This document shows, in pieces, positions 18,801-28,411 of a stretch of DNA of 64,000 nt. Position numbers and translations under genes: made by a program. Origin of the DNA: Bacteroidales bacterium UBA5762 (GTDB lineage: Bacteria > Bacteroidota > Bacteroidia > Bacteroidales > TTA-H9); assembly GCA_002418865.1 (NCBI GenBank), contig DIEY01000100.1, positions 2,170-66,169 on the forward strand, read 5' to 3'. How positions within the stretch are numbered: the stretch's first letter is position 1; every line of letters starts with the position of its first letter. The notes under the pieces are model-generated. The model did not search any database. It was not told where the DNA came from and saw nothing but the letters and a program-made list of their open reading frames with translations.

Positions 18801-19399
18801 TCTTTATCGAGAAGAGCTGCAACATCGGCTTGGTCGAAAACTTCTATCTTTTGAATTTCATGACTGGTACGAAAACCATCGAAGAAATGAAGAAAAGGAA
18901 TACGAGCCTTAATAGCCGTTAGATGGGCAACAGGTGCAATATCCATGATTTCTTGGACACTACCACTGGCTAATAAGGCAAAACCTGTTTGACGAGTTGC
19001 CATTACATCACTATGATCACCAAAAATAGAAAGCGCATGAGTGGCAACAGTACGAGCACTAACATGGAATACGGCAGGTAGTAACTCACCTGCCATTTTG
19101 TACATGTTCGGAATCATAAGCAACAGCCCTTGAGAAGCGGTAAAAGTGGTAGTTAAAGCTCCACTTTGCAACGAGCCATGAACCGCTCCAGCAGCCCCAG
19201 CTTCCGACTGCATCTCGACAACTTTCACCTGTTCTCCAAAAATATTCTTACGCCCAAATGCCGACCATTCATCCACATATTCAGCCATAGTAGAAGATGG
19301 AGTAATGGGATAGATAGCTGCTACTTCGCTAAACATGTAAGCTACATGCGATGCCGCCATGTTCCCATCGCAAGTAATAAAATTTTTCTTCTTATTCAT
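15863..19399 (-). CDS. nifJ: pyruvate:ferredoxin (flavodoxin) oxidoreductase
   Basis: 1178 aa from the ATG at 19399 (MNKKKNFITCDGNMAASHVAYMFSEVAAIYPITPSS). Two 4Fe-4S ferredoxin motifs (CIQCNQCAFVCPH, CTGCGNCVEECP) and a TPP domain (GGDGWAYDIGYGGLDH). Confidence 0.95.
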   Translation of the reverse strand: MNKKKNFITCDGNMAASHVAYMFSEVAAIYPITPSSTMAEYVDEWSAFGRKNIFGEQVKVVEMQSEAGAAGAVHGSLQSGALTTTFTASQGLLLMIPNMYKMAGELLPAVFHVSARTVATHALSIFGDHSDVMATRQTGFALLASGSVQEIMDIAPVAHLTAIKARIPFLHFFDGFRTSHEIQKIEVFDQADVAALLDKEALAAFRNRALNPEHPVTRGTAQNPDIFFQAREASNRFYDAVPDLVEQYMNEMTRITGREHHPFDYYGAPDAENIIIAMGSVTETIKEVIDYKLKQGEKVGLVSVHLYRPFSSKYFFKVLPQSVKRIAVLDRTKEPGADGEPLYQDVRSMFYGMEITPLIVGGRYGLSSKDTTPSQILAVYDNLQMPEPKNDFTIGIIDDVTFKSLPLLPEQSFAPEGTYEARFYGLGSDGTVGANKNTIKIIGEETDLYCQAYFAYDSKKSGGFTASHLRFGKHPIRSTYLVTNPDFVACHVPAYLNKYDMLKGLKKGGNFLFNSIWDVEETKRRLPNTIKKYLAANDISFYIINATAIAEEIGLGHRTNTIMQSAFFKVSNVIPYDLAIEKMKEMIKKSYGRQGEDIVKMNYAAVDRGGDVIKVEIPSEWANIVIETEEDERPLPEFIKKVVEPMNAQNGDDLPVSVFLDREDGTFPAGTTKYEKRGIAVTVPEWIPENCIQCNQCAFVCPHAAIRPFLMTAEEAALAPEGTTTIKAVGKGMGEMRYRLQVSVLDCTGCGNCVEECPAKENALVMKPLDTQTSEISRWEFMDTKIGYREQYFDKTKNVKNSQFAQPLFEFSGACSGCGETPYIKLITQLFGDRMIIANATGCSSIYGGSAPSTPYTSNYDSGYGVAWANSLFEDNAEYGFGIATGIQKLRNRIAQRMKEAMEMDINAELKEAYGLWIEGMNDYDKSNEATQRMIPLLEKANDEISKEILALRQYLIKKSIWVVGGDGWAYDIGYGGLDHVMASGEDINVLVLDTEVYSNTGGQASKSTPTAAVAKFAASGKRVRKKDLGAMAMTYGYVYVAQVAMGANQGQFLKAVREAEEYKGPSLIIAYSPCINHGLRAGMGKSQKQEKFAVECGYTSLYRYDPRLELEGKNPFQLDSKEPDWSKFQEFLESEVRFTSLKKAFPKEAEELFAAAEENARWRYRSYLRLASMDYSK

Positions 19400-19459
19400 T
19401 CGTTCTGAATTATTAAAATGTTTATTATCAATAAAATAACTTGCTATTCCTAAGCACGG

Positions 19460-19467
19460 CAAAGGTA
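19460..19467 (-). promoter_or_regulatory. possible -7 box (TACCTTTG) for nifJ
   Basis: The + strand CAAAGGTA equals TAnnTTTG on the - strand, about 60 nt upstream of the start. Confidence 0.35.
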
Positions 19468-19647
19468 CGAAACTTTCTTTTAGCTAAAATAACCCAGTAG
19501 CTTTCTCTGAATTTCTAATATAGAATTTTTATGGTTTCTCCATAAATTAGCAGCTGATTCAGAAATCATTTTTGAGTGGGCGCTAAACAAAATGATATAC
19601 ATATTGTTGTACCAAAGAAAAGTATAATGAATTAAATACCTATAGTT

Positions 19648-20664
19648 ATGGCTGATTTAAGTACAAATTACATGGGGATTAGTTTAACGAATCCCATAAT
19701 AGCAGGAGCTTCATCTTTGAGTTTGAAGGCCGACAATTTAAAGAAATTAGAAGAAGCGGGCGCCTCGGCCATAGTTTTCAAAAGTCTTTTCGAAGAACAG
19801 ATTCAACTGGAAAATTATGAGATGAACAGGATTATTGAGGGTTTCAACGAAAGAAATGCCGAGATGTTGAGCATTTTTCCTCATATGCCCGATTCCGGTC
19901 CTCAGCAACATCTGATAGCGCTCGAAAAAGCAGTAAAATCAGTTTCTATCCCCATTTTTGCAAGCCTCAATGCAGTAAATCCTGAAACATGGATAGAATG
20001 GTCATATCAATTAGCACAAATTGGGGTAGCAGGTCTTGAGCTGAATTTTTATTATTTACCCAAATTCGACCATGTTACCGAAGTTGAATTTTTAGAACAA
20101 ATGGTACAAACCATCACAAAAATCAAATCGAGAGTAAATATTCCTATTGCCATCAAATTAAGCCCATACTATTTCAACTTATTGGGCATTCTTAAAAGTT
20201 TGGAAGAAGCAGGAGCTGATGGTTTTGTTTTGTTCAATCGCTTTTTTCAGCCCGATATCGATATTCAAGATGAAAAACACACAACCCCATTCAACCTGAG
20301 TCATTCAGGCGACTATCGCTTAGCCTTACGCTATACAGGATTAATTTATGGCCGAACCAAGGCGGGGATATGTGCCTCTCAAGGAATCTATAAAGGAGAG
20401 GAAATTATAAAACTCATTTTGGCTGGAGCTGACTGCGTTCAAGTGGTTTCGGCTCTTTACAAAAAAGGAATAGACCATATTTCTACTATGATCAGCGAAA
20501 TAGAACAATGGATGGAATCTAAGAATTACAGCACAATTTCGGAGTTTAAGGGCAAACTCGCCGAAAAAAACACAAAAAATCCATTCATCTACCGCAGGGC
20601 TCAATACATCGATTTCCTTATGAAGGCACACTCACTTACCTGGGAAGAATATCCTACTATTTAA
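19648..20664 (+). CDS. dihydroorotate dehydrogenase-like (class 1 DHOD/DPD fold) flavoprotein, probably not a true DHOD
   Basis: TIM-barrel DHOD-like N-terminus (GISLTNPIIAGAS). The position of the ELNLSCPN active-site motif reads ELNFYYLP. Confidence 0.7.
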   Translation: MADLSTNYMGISLTNPIIAGASSLSLKADNLKKLEEAGASAIVFKSLFEEQIQLENYEMNRIIEGFNERNAEMLSIFPHMPDSGPQQHLIALEKAVKSVSIPIFASLNAVNPETWIEWSYQLAQIGVAGLELNFYYLPKFDHVTEVEFLEQMVQTITKIKSRVNIPIAIKLSPYYFNLLGILKSLEEAGADGFVLFNRFFQPDIDIQDEKHTTPFNLSHSGDYRLALRYTGLIYGRTKAGICASQGIYKGEEIIKLILAGADCVQVVSALYKKGIDHISTMISEIEQWMESKNYSTISEFKGKLAEKNTKNPFIYRRAQYIDFLMKAHSLTWEEYPTI

Positions 20665-20785
20665 ATAAACCTTTTGACCTCAATTCCATTTATGGAATAT
20701 ATTCCCTTGGGAGGCATCGTATAAGCGAGAACAGTTCTTTATTTAGCATACAATCCGCAAATTAGGCATCTAAACTTGCTTGCAG

Positions 20786-20793
20786 TATCTTTG
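20786..20793 (+). promoter_or_regulatory. possible -7 box (TATCTTTG) for mutS2
   Basis: Exact TAnnTTTG match 27 nt upstream of the TTG start. Confidence 0.35.
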
Positions 20794-20819
20794 TAAGTTT
20801 ATTCGAACGCGCTTGAAAA

Positions 20820-23237
20820 TTGATTTATCCGGAAAATTTCGAAGAAAAAATAGGTTTTAGTGAGATCAGGCGGCTTATCCAACATGGATGCATTAGTACT
20901 ATGGGCTTGGATGAGTTGGGAAGGATGCATTTCGAAACTGAGCCCGAACAAATAGAGATACTTTTAGGACAAGTAGGTGAGATGATGCAGATTATTCAAT
21001 TCGAGAATCATTTCCCTTCTCAAGATTATTTCGATTTACGGCAAGAGTTGCTGCGTATTAAACCTGAAGGAACTTATATTTTACTTGAATTTCTACCCGA
21101 GCTACGCGCCTCTCTTTCTACTATTCAACAAATTCTCGATTTCTTTTTCCACAAGAAAGAAAATATCTATCCTTATTTAAAAAGCTTTAGCGACAAAGTG
21201 GTACTGGAAAGGTCAATTTTGCAGAAATTAAACCTTTTGCTAACCGAAAAGGGAGAATTACGCGATGATGCTTCAGAAAAATTACTGAAAATAAGGCAAC
21301 AAATAAGACAAAAGGAGAAACTGGCCATTCAAAGGATACACGAAATTCTTGTGGAAGCCAAAAAAAGCAAATTCTTATCTCCCGATGCCGAAATCACCAT
21401 TCGCAATAGTCGTTTGGTACTGCCAGTTCCTTCTTCAGGGAAAAGGCAATTAAAAGGTTTTGTACACGATGTCTCGGCAAGTGGCCAAACCTTATTTATC
21501 GAACCTGAAGAAGTGTTCGAAATCAACAATGTTATCGTCGAATTAAAGGCTGAAGAGAAAAAGGAAATCATTGCCATATTGACCGAGTTTACCGATTTTG
21601 TGCGCCCACATATCGAGCATTTAATAGGTGCTTACGAGTTTCTGGGTATTATTGATCTCATAAGAGCTAAGGCCCGTTTTTCGATTGAGATAAATGCCAA
21701 TCTTCCTCAACTTCAGCATCAACCCGTCATGCAATGGATAGAGGCTTACCATCCTCTTCTGTTGATTAAAAATAAGGCTCAGAAAAAACCCGTGGTTCCT
21801 ATGGATCTGCGCTTGGATAACAACCAGCGTATTCTCATCATTTCAGGGCCTAATGCAGGTGGAAAATCCGTATGTCTTCGCACGGCAGGCTTGCTACAAT
21901 ATATGATACAATGTGGAATTCCTGTACCTATGAAGCAAACCTCAGTTGCAGGCATATTTCAGGATATTTTCCTTGACATGGGAGACGAACAATCCATAGA
22001 AAACGACCTGAGCAGCTATAGTTCGCATTTACTAAATATGAAGTTTTTTCTTCAAAATGCTTCTTCACAAACGCTTTTCCTTATTGATGAGATGGGTGAA
22101 GGAACTGAACCTCGAGTTGGAGGTGCCATAGCAGAAGCTATATTGGAGAAACTAAGCCAACAAAAGGCATTTGGTATAGTAACTACCCATTATTCCAACT
22201 TAAAACTGCTCGAAGGAAAGGTGGAAGGCATTATCAATGGAGCCATGTTATTCGACATCAACAAGATGCAGCCATTGTATCACTTACAAATGGGTAAACC
22301 AGGTTCGTCGTTTGCCTTCGAAATTGCTCATAATTTAGGATTCCCCGAAGAAGTCATGCAAATGGCAGTTGAAAAAACAGGCGAAACTCAACTTTCTTTC
22401 GATAAGCAATACCAACAAATAGAAGACGAAAAAAACCAACTCGAACAAAAAAGAGCCGAGTTAGAGCTGGCCGATGAATTATTGACACAGGCTTTGAAAC
22501 GTTATCAAGATTTGTATAACCAATTAGATAAGTCGAAAAAAGAAATCCTTAAGAAAGCGAAAGAAGATGCGGCTGAATTGATCAGACAATCTAACCGATT
22601 AATCGAAAAAACGATTCAGGAAATTAAAAACTCAGCAGCCCAAAAAGAGGCCACTCATAAATCGAGAGAAACACTTAAAGAATTTCAGAAAGTTCTTGAA
22701 AAAGAATCGCAAGAACTTGTACCTCAACCCATTCAGCTCATTAGAGATGAAGAAAATAGCGATAAAGAAGCTCTCCCAAAGCAGAAACCTTTGCAAGCCG
22801 GTGATTGGGTTCACATTAAGAATCTGGATGCCGCAGGTGAACTTTTTTCGATAAATGATACAGAAGCAGTAGTAATTATCAATTCTGTCAAATTAAATAT
22901 CAGCACCGATAGACTCGAGCCAACCACGAAACCTAATTCTACAAAAAAATTCCGTGGTCGACTGCTGGAAGATATAAACCAAAAATTACAAGATTTTCGT
23001 TTAACCATAGATGTTAGGGGAAGCAGAGCCGACGATGCTATTGCCCAGGTGGACCACTACATTGACGAAGCCTTACTTCTTGGAATTAATGAATTCCGGA
23101 TATTGCATGGCAAAGGGAATGGCATTCTACGCAGCATCATTAGAGAACATTTGAGCCAGCATCAATCAGTGGCTGAGTTTTCCGACGAAACTATCGAAAA
23201 CGGTGGAAGCGGATTGACTTTGGTTAGAATAAAATAA
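20820..23237 (+). CDS. mutS2: endonuclease MutS2 (MutS domain V ATPase plus C-terminal Smr domain)
   Basis: N-terminus MIYPENFEEKIGFSEIR is typical of Bacteroidota MutS2. Walker A GPNAGGKS. Smr end ILHGKGNGILR. The start codon is TTG. Confidence 0.9.
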   Translation: MIYPENFEEKIGFSEIRRLIQHGCISTMGLDELGRMHFETEPEQIEILLGQVGEMMQIIQFENHFPSQDYFDLRQELLRIKPEGTYILLEFLPELRASLSTIQQILDFFFHKKENIYPYLKSFSDKVVLERSILQKLNLLLTEKGELRDDASEKLLKIRQQIRQKEKLAIQRIHEILVEAKKSKFLSPDAEITIRNSRLVLPVPSSGKRQLKGFVHDVSASGQTLFIEPEEVFEINNVIVELKAEEKKEIIAILTEFTDFVRPHIEHLIGAYEFLGIIDLIRAKARFSIEINANLPQLQHQPVMQWIEAYHPLLLIKNKAQKKPVVPMDLRLDNNQRILIISGPNAGGKSVCLRTAGLLQYMIQCGIPVPMKQTSVAGIFQDIFLDMGDEQSIENDLSSYSSHLLNMKFFLQNASSQTLFLIDEMGEGTEPRVGGAIAEAILEKLSQQKAFGIVTTHYSNLKLLEGKVEGIINGAMLFDINKMQPLYHLQMGKPGSSFAFEIAHNLGFPEEVMQMAVEKTGETQLSFDKQYQQIEDEKNQLEQKRAELELADELLTQALKRYQDLYNQLDKSKKEILKKAKEDAAELIRQSNRLIEKTIQEIKNSAAQKEATHKSRETLKEFQKVLEKESQELVPQPIQLIRDEENSDKEALPKQKPLQAGDWVHIKNLDAAGELFSINDTEAVVIINSVKLNISTDRLEPTTKPNSTKKFRGRLLEDINQKLQDFRLTIDVRGSRADDAIAQVDHYIDEALLLGINEFRILHGKGNGILRSIIREHLSQHQSVAEFSDETIENGGSGLTLVRIK

Positions 23238-23452
23238 GCTCACCCCCTACCCTTTCAAATAAATTTTACTTATCATTCAGTTTTAATAAATTTACATTCT
23301 TCCATCTGGTTTTGGAAAAATAGATTTGTAATGAACCTACTCAGCCTTTTAGACATGCGATTTTTAGGGATTTTTCGTTTTTAAGCCAATTCAACTTTTT
23401 GAATGTTATATAACTTTGTACCATTGAATGTACTGCTTGTAAATTAAATGAT

Positions 23453-23460
23453 TACTTTTG
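23453..23460 (+). promoter_or_regulatory. possible -7 box (TACTTTTG) for the patatin gene
   Basis: TAnnTTTG match 44 nt upstream of the ATG at 23504. Confidence 0.35.
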
Positions 23461-23503
23461 AGTAGTTTAAAATAAAAGAGGAAAAGCATTTCAGACTTCA
23501 AAA

Positions 23504-24391
23504 ATGACACGAGAAATTGCATTAGTATTATCTAGTGGCGGGGCCAGGGGATTGGCTCACATAGGTGTTATTGAAGAGCTCGAGCAAGCGGGTTTTAAAA
23601 TAAAATCAGTAGCTGGGAGCTCGATGGGAGCACTTGTGGGTGGAATATACGCTACAGGAAAGTTAAAAGAATGTACGGAATGGATTTGTTCGCTCGATAG
23701 AAAATCGGTTTTTAGCTTGTTCGATTTTACAATAAGTTCAACAGGATTGGTCAAGGGGCAAAAAGTTCTCGATCAGATGCAACAAATAATACCTGACTTG
23801 GACATAGAGGATTTACAGGTAAATTTTTGTGCAGTAGCCACTGATATCAAAAATCAGGAAGAAATGGTTTTTGAGAAGGGGAGTCTTTTAGAAGCTATCA
23901 GGGCTTCTATTTCTATACCAGGGGTTTTTATCCCTTACAAATCTGACCGCAAAATTTTAGTAGATGGCGGAGTTATTAATCCTTTACCTTTAAATCATGT
24001 GAAGCGGTCGAAAAATTCACTTTTAGTCGCCGTAGATGTCAATGCTCCTTTTCAAAGTCATGCATCAAAACGAAAAAAGAATCCAGAACTCCAAAATAAT
24101 CATGAATTAAAACTCCTTGAAATCATAAGAGACAGATCGAAATCTCACAAGCATCAAAAAAATGAGGAAGAACAATTCAATTATTATCAATTACTTAGCT
24201 TGTCCGCTCAGATGATGTTGCAACAAATTACCCGTTTAACTATAAATCTCTATCCTCCTCATTTACTCATTCAAATTCCTATGAATTCATTTGGAACCTT
24301 TCATTTTTACAAAGCAAAAGAAATTATAGAGACTGGAAGAATGGCTGCAAGAAAAGCTATAGCTGAATTCTCAAATAAACAATTGCATTGA
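23504..24391 (+). CDS. patatin-like phospholipase family protein (RssA-like)
   Basis: Oxyanion motif SSGGARG, nucleophile elbow GSSMGA, catalytic DGG (LVDGGVINPLP). Confidence 0.85.
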   Translation: MTREIALVLSSGGARGLAHIGVIEELEQAGFKIKSVAGSSMGALVGGIYATGKLKECTEWICSLDRKSVFSLFDFTISSTGLVKGQKVLDQMQQIIPDLDIEDLQVNFCAVATDIKNQEEMVFEKGSLLEAIRASISIPGVFIPYKSDRKILVDGGVINPLPLNHVKRSKNSLLVAVDVNAPFQSHASKRKKNPELQNNHELKLLEIIRDRSKSHKHQKNEEEQFNYYQLLSLSAQMMLQQITRLTINLYPPHLLIQIPMNSFGTFHFYKAKEIIETGRMAARKAIAEFSNKQLH

Positions 24392-24676
24392 AAATCATTT
24401 GATTTCTCATTCATTGTAACAGAAATAGAAAATTATAAAATCTCAGTAAAAGAAATTTACAAATGTTATTTATAGTCAAAATAACAGTTCTAATAATTTG
24501 GTGAGGCAGTTTTGTTGAAGGATGCGTCAAATTTTTCACGATTTTGACTAATTCGAGAGGCAGCCTATTTTTTTTGACAGACTCATAAAAGACAAAAAAC
24601 ATCAAACCTTTTATCCTATTTCTTCTCTTCTTCATTCACCATCTTGTTGAAAGTCGAATACAAATCTCACATTTGC

Positions 24677-26122
24677 TCAATTCTGTTTCATTTGCATAGC
24701 CTCAATCTTTTCTGCTCGACTATGATGTTCGATAAAGGATTCAATTTGTTCAGCAGTAAGACGTTTGGCCAGTATGGTTTTCTTTTCATCGAGTAGGTAC
24801 ATGACCGGTGTGGAATAAATATCATACAGATCATGATAATTAGGCGTATAAGCTCTTGGACCGTTCACATTAATCCAATCCATAGCATATTGCCTGATAT
24901 ACTTTTTCATCTCAGCCATATTGGTATCGCTGCAAACGGCAAATACCTTTATATCATATTGTTTGGCTTTTTGGTCGATAAAATTCTTAAGTACGGGAAT
25001 TTCTTTTTTACAATGCCCACAACTTGGATCCCAGAATAAGAGTATAGTATATTTTGCCTTGACTTGATGAAGTGAAACAGCTTGCATGAGCGTATCAAGC
25101 ATAATAAGTTCGGGAGCAGTTTGACCAATGAGAATGGGTTTGAGCTTTTTTGCTTTTTTTATCAAATTCTCTTTTACCGTTTGATTAATCCAAAAGTCCA
25201 TTTCACCTGTGGCATAAAAATTTTCCACCATATAAACAAAAGCCGCATCCATGCCCATAATTTCACTTCGTTCTGTATAATTGGTTAAAAACCATATCAT
25301 GTAACGGTAGGTATCGGGCGACTGCTTGGCTATTGGAATCAAACGCTTTGCTTCAGCAATAATACTGTCAGGATGTTGTAAGACCATTTTTGAGAAGTAA
25401 TTATTGACGCGTTGATGATAGAAAGGTGTTCGCAATAAGCGTGCATCGTTCAGGGGAAGATTATCGAAATAATGTGCCTTGTAATATTTATAAGCAAACA
25501 ATGAATCAGGCCTTCCATTAGGAAGCACTGGAGGATCGGGAATTTCTGGCTCTTGTGAGGCCTTCACAAAATCCGCCACTAACATGCCCTCATGAGACTT
25601 GATAAAATTTCTAATAAAAGATAATACCTCTTCATTGATCTTTTGCAACTGAATCTTGGACAAATTAGCCGAATCGGGAAACAAATTCTCGGTTCGTCTG
25701 AAAATCTTTTGCCAGGGCTCAATCTCTTTTTGTTTCTTCCCCAAAAATTGAACATATTGAAAAAAAGCAATGTTTTCGGGTGAACCTTTTACTTGCATAT
25801 CATTGATAGGATCATCCAATGTGGTTTCGAAACTTATACGAGTTTCATTATGAATAAGAAACTCGAAATACCTGTTTTTTTTCTCCCCAGCAATAATATA
25901 TAAACCCCCTGGAAGCATAGAATCAACCTCCAGAACAAACCATTCCCCCTTAGCTTTTTGTAGAGTATCGTCCATATATTGTTTATCGGCAAAATAATGC
26001 GCTAAATACAATTCATTATCCTGTGCCCCCTTTATTCTTACCTTAAGTTGAATATTCTGAGCCAAAACTTCATTGGAGAAGAAAAATACAGTGGACATCA
26101 ACAACAATAACATATTTCTCAT
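24677..26122 (-). CDS. TlpA/thioredoxin-fold thiol-disulfide oxidoreductase with large N-terminal domain, secreted
   Basis: Signal peptide. C-terminal thioredoxin fold with the CxxC motif (FWDPSCGHCKKEIPVL). Confidence 0.8.
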   Translation of the reverse strand: MRNMLLLLMSTVFFFSNEVLAQNIQLKVRIKGAQDNELYLAHYFADKQYMDDTLQKAKGEWFVLEVDSMLPGGLYIIAGEKKNRYFEFLIHNETRISFETTLDDPINDMQVKGSPENIAFFQYVQFLGKKQKEIEPWQKIFRRTENLFPDSANLSKIQLQKINEEVLSFIRNFIKSHEGMLVADFVKASQEPEIPDPPVLPNGRPDSLFAYKYYKAHYFDNLPLNDARLLRTPFYHQRVNNYFSKMVLQHPDSIIAEAKRLIPIAKQSPDTYRYMIWFLTNYTERSEIMGMDAAFVYMVENFYATGEMDFWINQTVKENLIKKAKKLKPILIGQTAPELIMLDTLMQAVSLHQVKAKYTILLFWDPSCGHCKKEIPVLKNFIDQKAKQYDIKVFAVCSDTNMAEMKKYIRQYAMDWINVNGPRAYTPNYHDLYDIYSTPVMYLLDEKKTILAKRLTAEQIESFIEHHSRAEKIEAMQMKQN

Positions 26123-26240
26123 AGACTATGCACTTTTAAATGATATTTGTCTATAATTTTACCTCGAATACCTCGCAAAAATATTACTTTTGTGTATAAA
26201 CGACAGACCAAAACACTCAATCCTTTATCCTTCAAAGAAT

Positions 26241-27548
26241 ATGACAAAAAAGATCCTTATTTTTTCATTTTTGTTGATTGGTTTATTTTTTAATAGTCAG
26301 GCGCAAGACAGCCTTATCAACCAGCTGCTTAAAAACCGCGAAAGAGACTATTTGAATTACATTCATCAACGCGACAGCATCAAGGTGAGAACATGGGAAA
26401 AAGTAGTAATGCTAAATGGATTAGCCGCCAAATTAATCCAATCCGATAGTATTCTAATTGCGGCTTGTCTCGACCAATTAGCCTCGGGTATACCTTCAAC
26501 CAGAGAGCAGCAACTTTTAGACACCATCACTCGTCTGAAGGGTAGAATAGATTATTTGAAACTAAGCTCCGCCTCTAAAAAAGATTTGAGCCCCAGAGAT
26601 TATGTAATTCTGTTGGCAGTATCATTCATTTTGATTTTATTAGGAATTTTTGCTCTTGTTTTGCTCAGAAAACTCCAAAAAGCCAATCGAACAGAACAAA
26701 AAACCAAAGAAGAACTTGCAACTTTTAAGAACTCACAAATTGATTATGAAAAGAAACTCGAGCAAATCAACATCGAGCTAACCCAAATCTATCAAGAACG
26801 CGAAGAACTTTTAAAACAGATTACTGAACTCAATAGAGCTTTAATAGCCGAGAAACAATATAGCAGCCAATTAAAAGTGCAACTAGAAAGGGAATTCAAC
26901 GAAAAGCAAGATATTCAAAACCAATTGAATGAATTAACCGAACAGGCAACAAGACTCCAGAACCTTCCCGATGAAGGCACAATAAATGAAATGCTCACAG
27001 AAAACAATCTTCTCAAATCGGAAAATATCCAATTGAAGCAAAAAATGACAGAGCTTCAAGACAAGCTTTCACAGATTAATTCGGAATTAGAAAAGACTTC
27101 GGTAGCCTCGAACGAAATTTTGACAAAAGCTATCGAAGAAAGAGAGCAAAAATTCAGGATGGAACTTCAAAAGTTTCAACAGACACAGTTACAATTAGAA
27201 GACAAGATAAAGGAAACCGAAGAAAAATTAAAAAAACTGGGAGAAGAGAAAGACATGCTGTCGGCAGAGCGAAACTATGCCATGGAAAGTCTTGCTTCTA
27301 TGAGTGATGAATTTGAAAGAACAAAATCACAATTACAACAGCTCCAATCAGAAAAAAGCGAATTAGAAGAACAAATTGCCGGTCTTTCGGCTTTAACGCA
27401 ACAAATTGATTTACTAAATGCTGAAATTATTCGTTGGCACAATGAAAATGAAGAACTTCAACAACAATTAGCTCGTGAAATAAAGTTGCGTAAAGAAATT
27501 GAATCGGATATTCAGAAAATATTCAGCCGGCTCGAAGGAGGAGTTTAA
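26241..27548 (+). CDS. membrane-anchored long coiled-coil protein (unknown function)
   Basis: ATG at 26241 gives the signal peptide MTKKILIFSFLLIGLFFNSQAQ. One TM helix (VILLAVSFILILLGIFALVLL) is followed by about 280 aa of Q/E/L/K-rich heptad-like sequence. Confidence 0.65.
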   Translation: MTKKILIFSFLLIGLFFNSQAQDSLINQLLKNRERDYLNYIHQRDSIKVRTWEKVVMLNGLAAKLIQSDSILIAACLDQLASGIPSTREQQLLDTITRLKGRIDYLKLSSASKKDLSPRDYVILLAVSFILILLGIFALVLLRKLQKANRTEQKTKEELATFKNSQIDYEKKLEQINIELTQIYQEREELLKQITELNRALIAEKQYSSQLKVQLEREFNEKQDIQNQLNELTEQATRLQNLPDEGTINEMLTENNLLKSENIQLKQKMTELQDKLSQINSELEKTSVASNEILTKAIEEREQKFRMELQKFQQTQLQLEDKIKETEEKLKKLGEEKDMLSAERNYAMESLASMSDEFERTKSQLQQLQSEKSELEEQIAGLSALTQQIDLLNAEIIRWHNENEELQQQLAREIKLRKEIESDIQKIFSRLEGGV

Positions 27549-27555
27549 TAAGAAC

Positions 27556-28218
27556 TCAATCAGGAGGATGGAAGAAAAATCGAACGAAGAAATATCCTAA
27601 GGCTTCTACAGGCACTGTGCGAAATCCCTTGCTTGTTTTCCACCATCGGTGTTGGTCGAAAGTGAGGTCAGGTGCGGCAATAATACCGACCTTTATTTTG
27701 TAAGGCTCTAAAGCCTTACGATATAAAAACCAACTACGTCTGGCGTGAGCACCCATTGAAAAAAGATTAATGGCGGCTGGCAATTTATCTTGTTGTTCGA
27801 ACCACTTGCCCAAAGCCACTGCATTTTGATAGGTTCTATCAATAAAAGCCTCGGGTGATGGAACACTAAAAACTCGATTCGAATCTATTCCCATGCTGAT
27901 GAGCGTAGCTCGGGCTAAATCGGCATAACTGTCGTAGCGGCAAAATTCCATCCCATTCGTAAAAGGTAAGCCCGTGGTAACTATATAATCATATTGATTT
28001 TCTTCGAATTCTTTGCAAACCAACAATAATGCATAATCAGGCAAAAAACCCTCAACCACCAAAACCTTCGCCTCAACGGGTTTATTAACTCGCAAATAAT
28101 CGCCTAAACCCCTTGATAGTCCAATAATGAACATTACTAAAACCACTATGAGGATTATCCATCCCCAAATTGTGAGAATCCATGCCTCCTTCTTTTTTCT
28201 TAACCGAAAATGCATCAA
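27556..28218 (-). CDS. YdcF/DUF218 family membrane-anchored protein
   Basis: N-terminal TM helix. DUF218-like core (VVEGF..., IVTTG, FSMGAHARRSWFLYRKAL). Confidence 0.7.
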   Translation of the reverse strand: MMHFRLRKKKEAWILTIWGWIILIVVLVMFIIGLSRGLGDYLRVNKPVEAKVLVVEGFLPDYALLLVCKEFEENQYDYIVTTGLPFTNGMEFCRYDSYADLARATLISMGIDSNRVFSVPSPEAFIDRTYQNAVALGKWFEQQDKLPAAINLFSMGAHARRSWFLYRKALEPYKIKVGIIAAPDLTFDQHRWWKTSKGFRTVPVEALGYFFVRFFFHPPD

Positions 28219-28411
28219 ATCCTAATAATTAATAGATGTTAAAATCTTATAGAATATTTTAAGTGTAAAATTGCAAACTTTTGGCTTAATATTCTTCTTT
28301 CTTTGAAAACTTGCATAGATTTAACCTTGGCTTTAAATTGGGATTAACAAAAACTTAATATAGATATAAATCGCTTTTAACACCAGGCGCTGAAAGCCAA
28401 CATAGATTTGC

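Noticed and set aside
19400-19462. 21-codon extension of the PFOR ORF
   Set aside because: PFOR proteins begin close to the ...CDGN.A...AY... segment. The ATG at 19399 fits, and the extension has no support.
23504-24391. Patatin-like phospholipase as a possible CBASS/anti-phage effector
   Set aside because: No cyclase, sensor, TIR/SAVED or other defence gene is adjacent. It is a stand-alone RssA-like enzyme between mutS2 and a redox protein.
24411-24635. 74-aa minus-strand ORF in the patatin/TlpA intergenic region
   Set aside because: The sequence is low-complexity and K/L/F-rich as expected from AT-rich non-coding DNA. I see no promoter box, signal or domain.
26241-27548. Coiled-coil protein as a phage tape-measure or SMC-type protein
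   Set aside because: It has a signal peptide and a TM helix, no ATPase heads and no phage neighbours.
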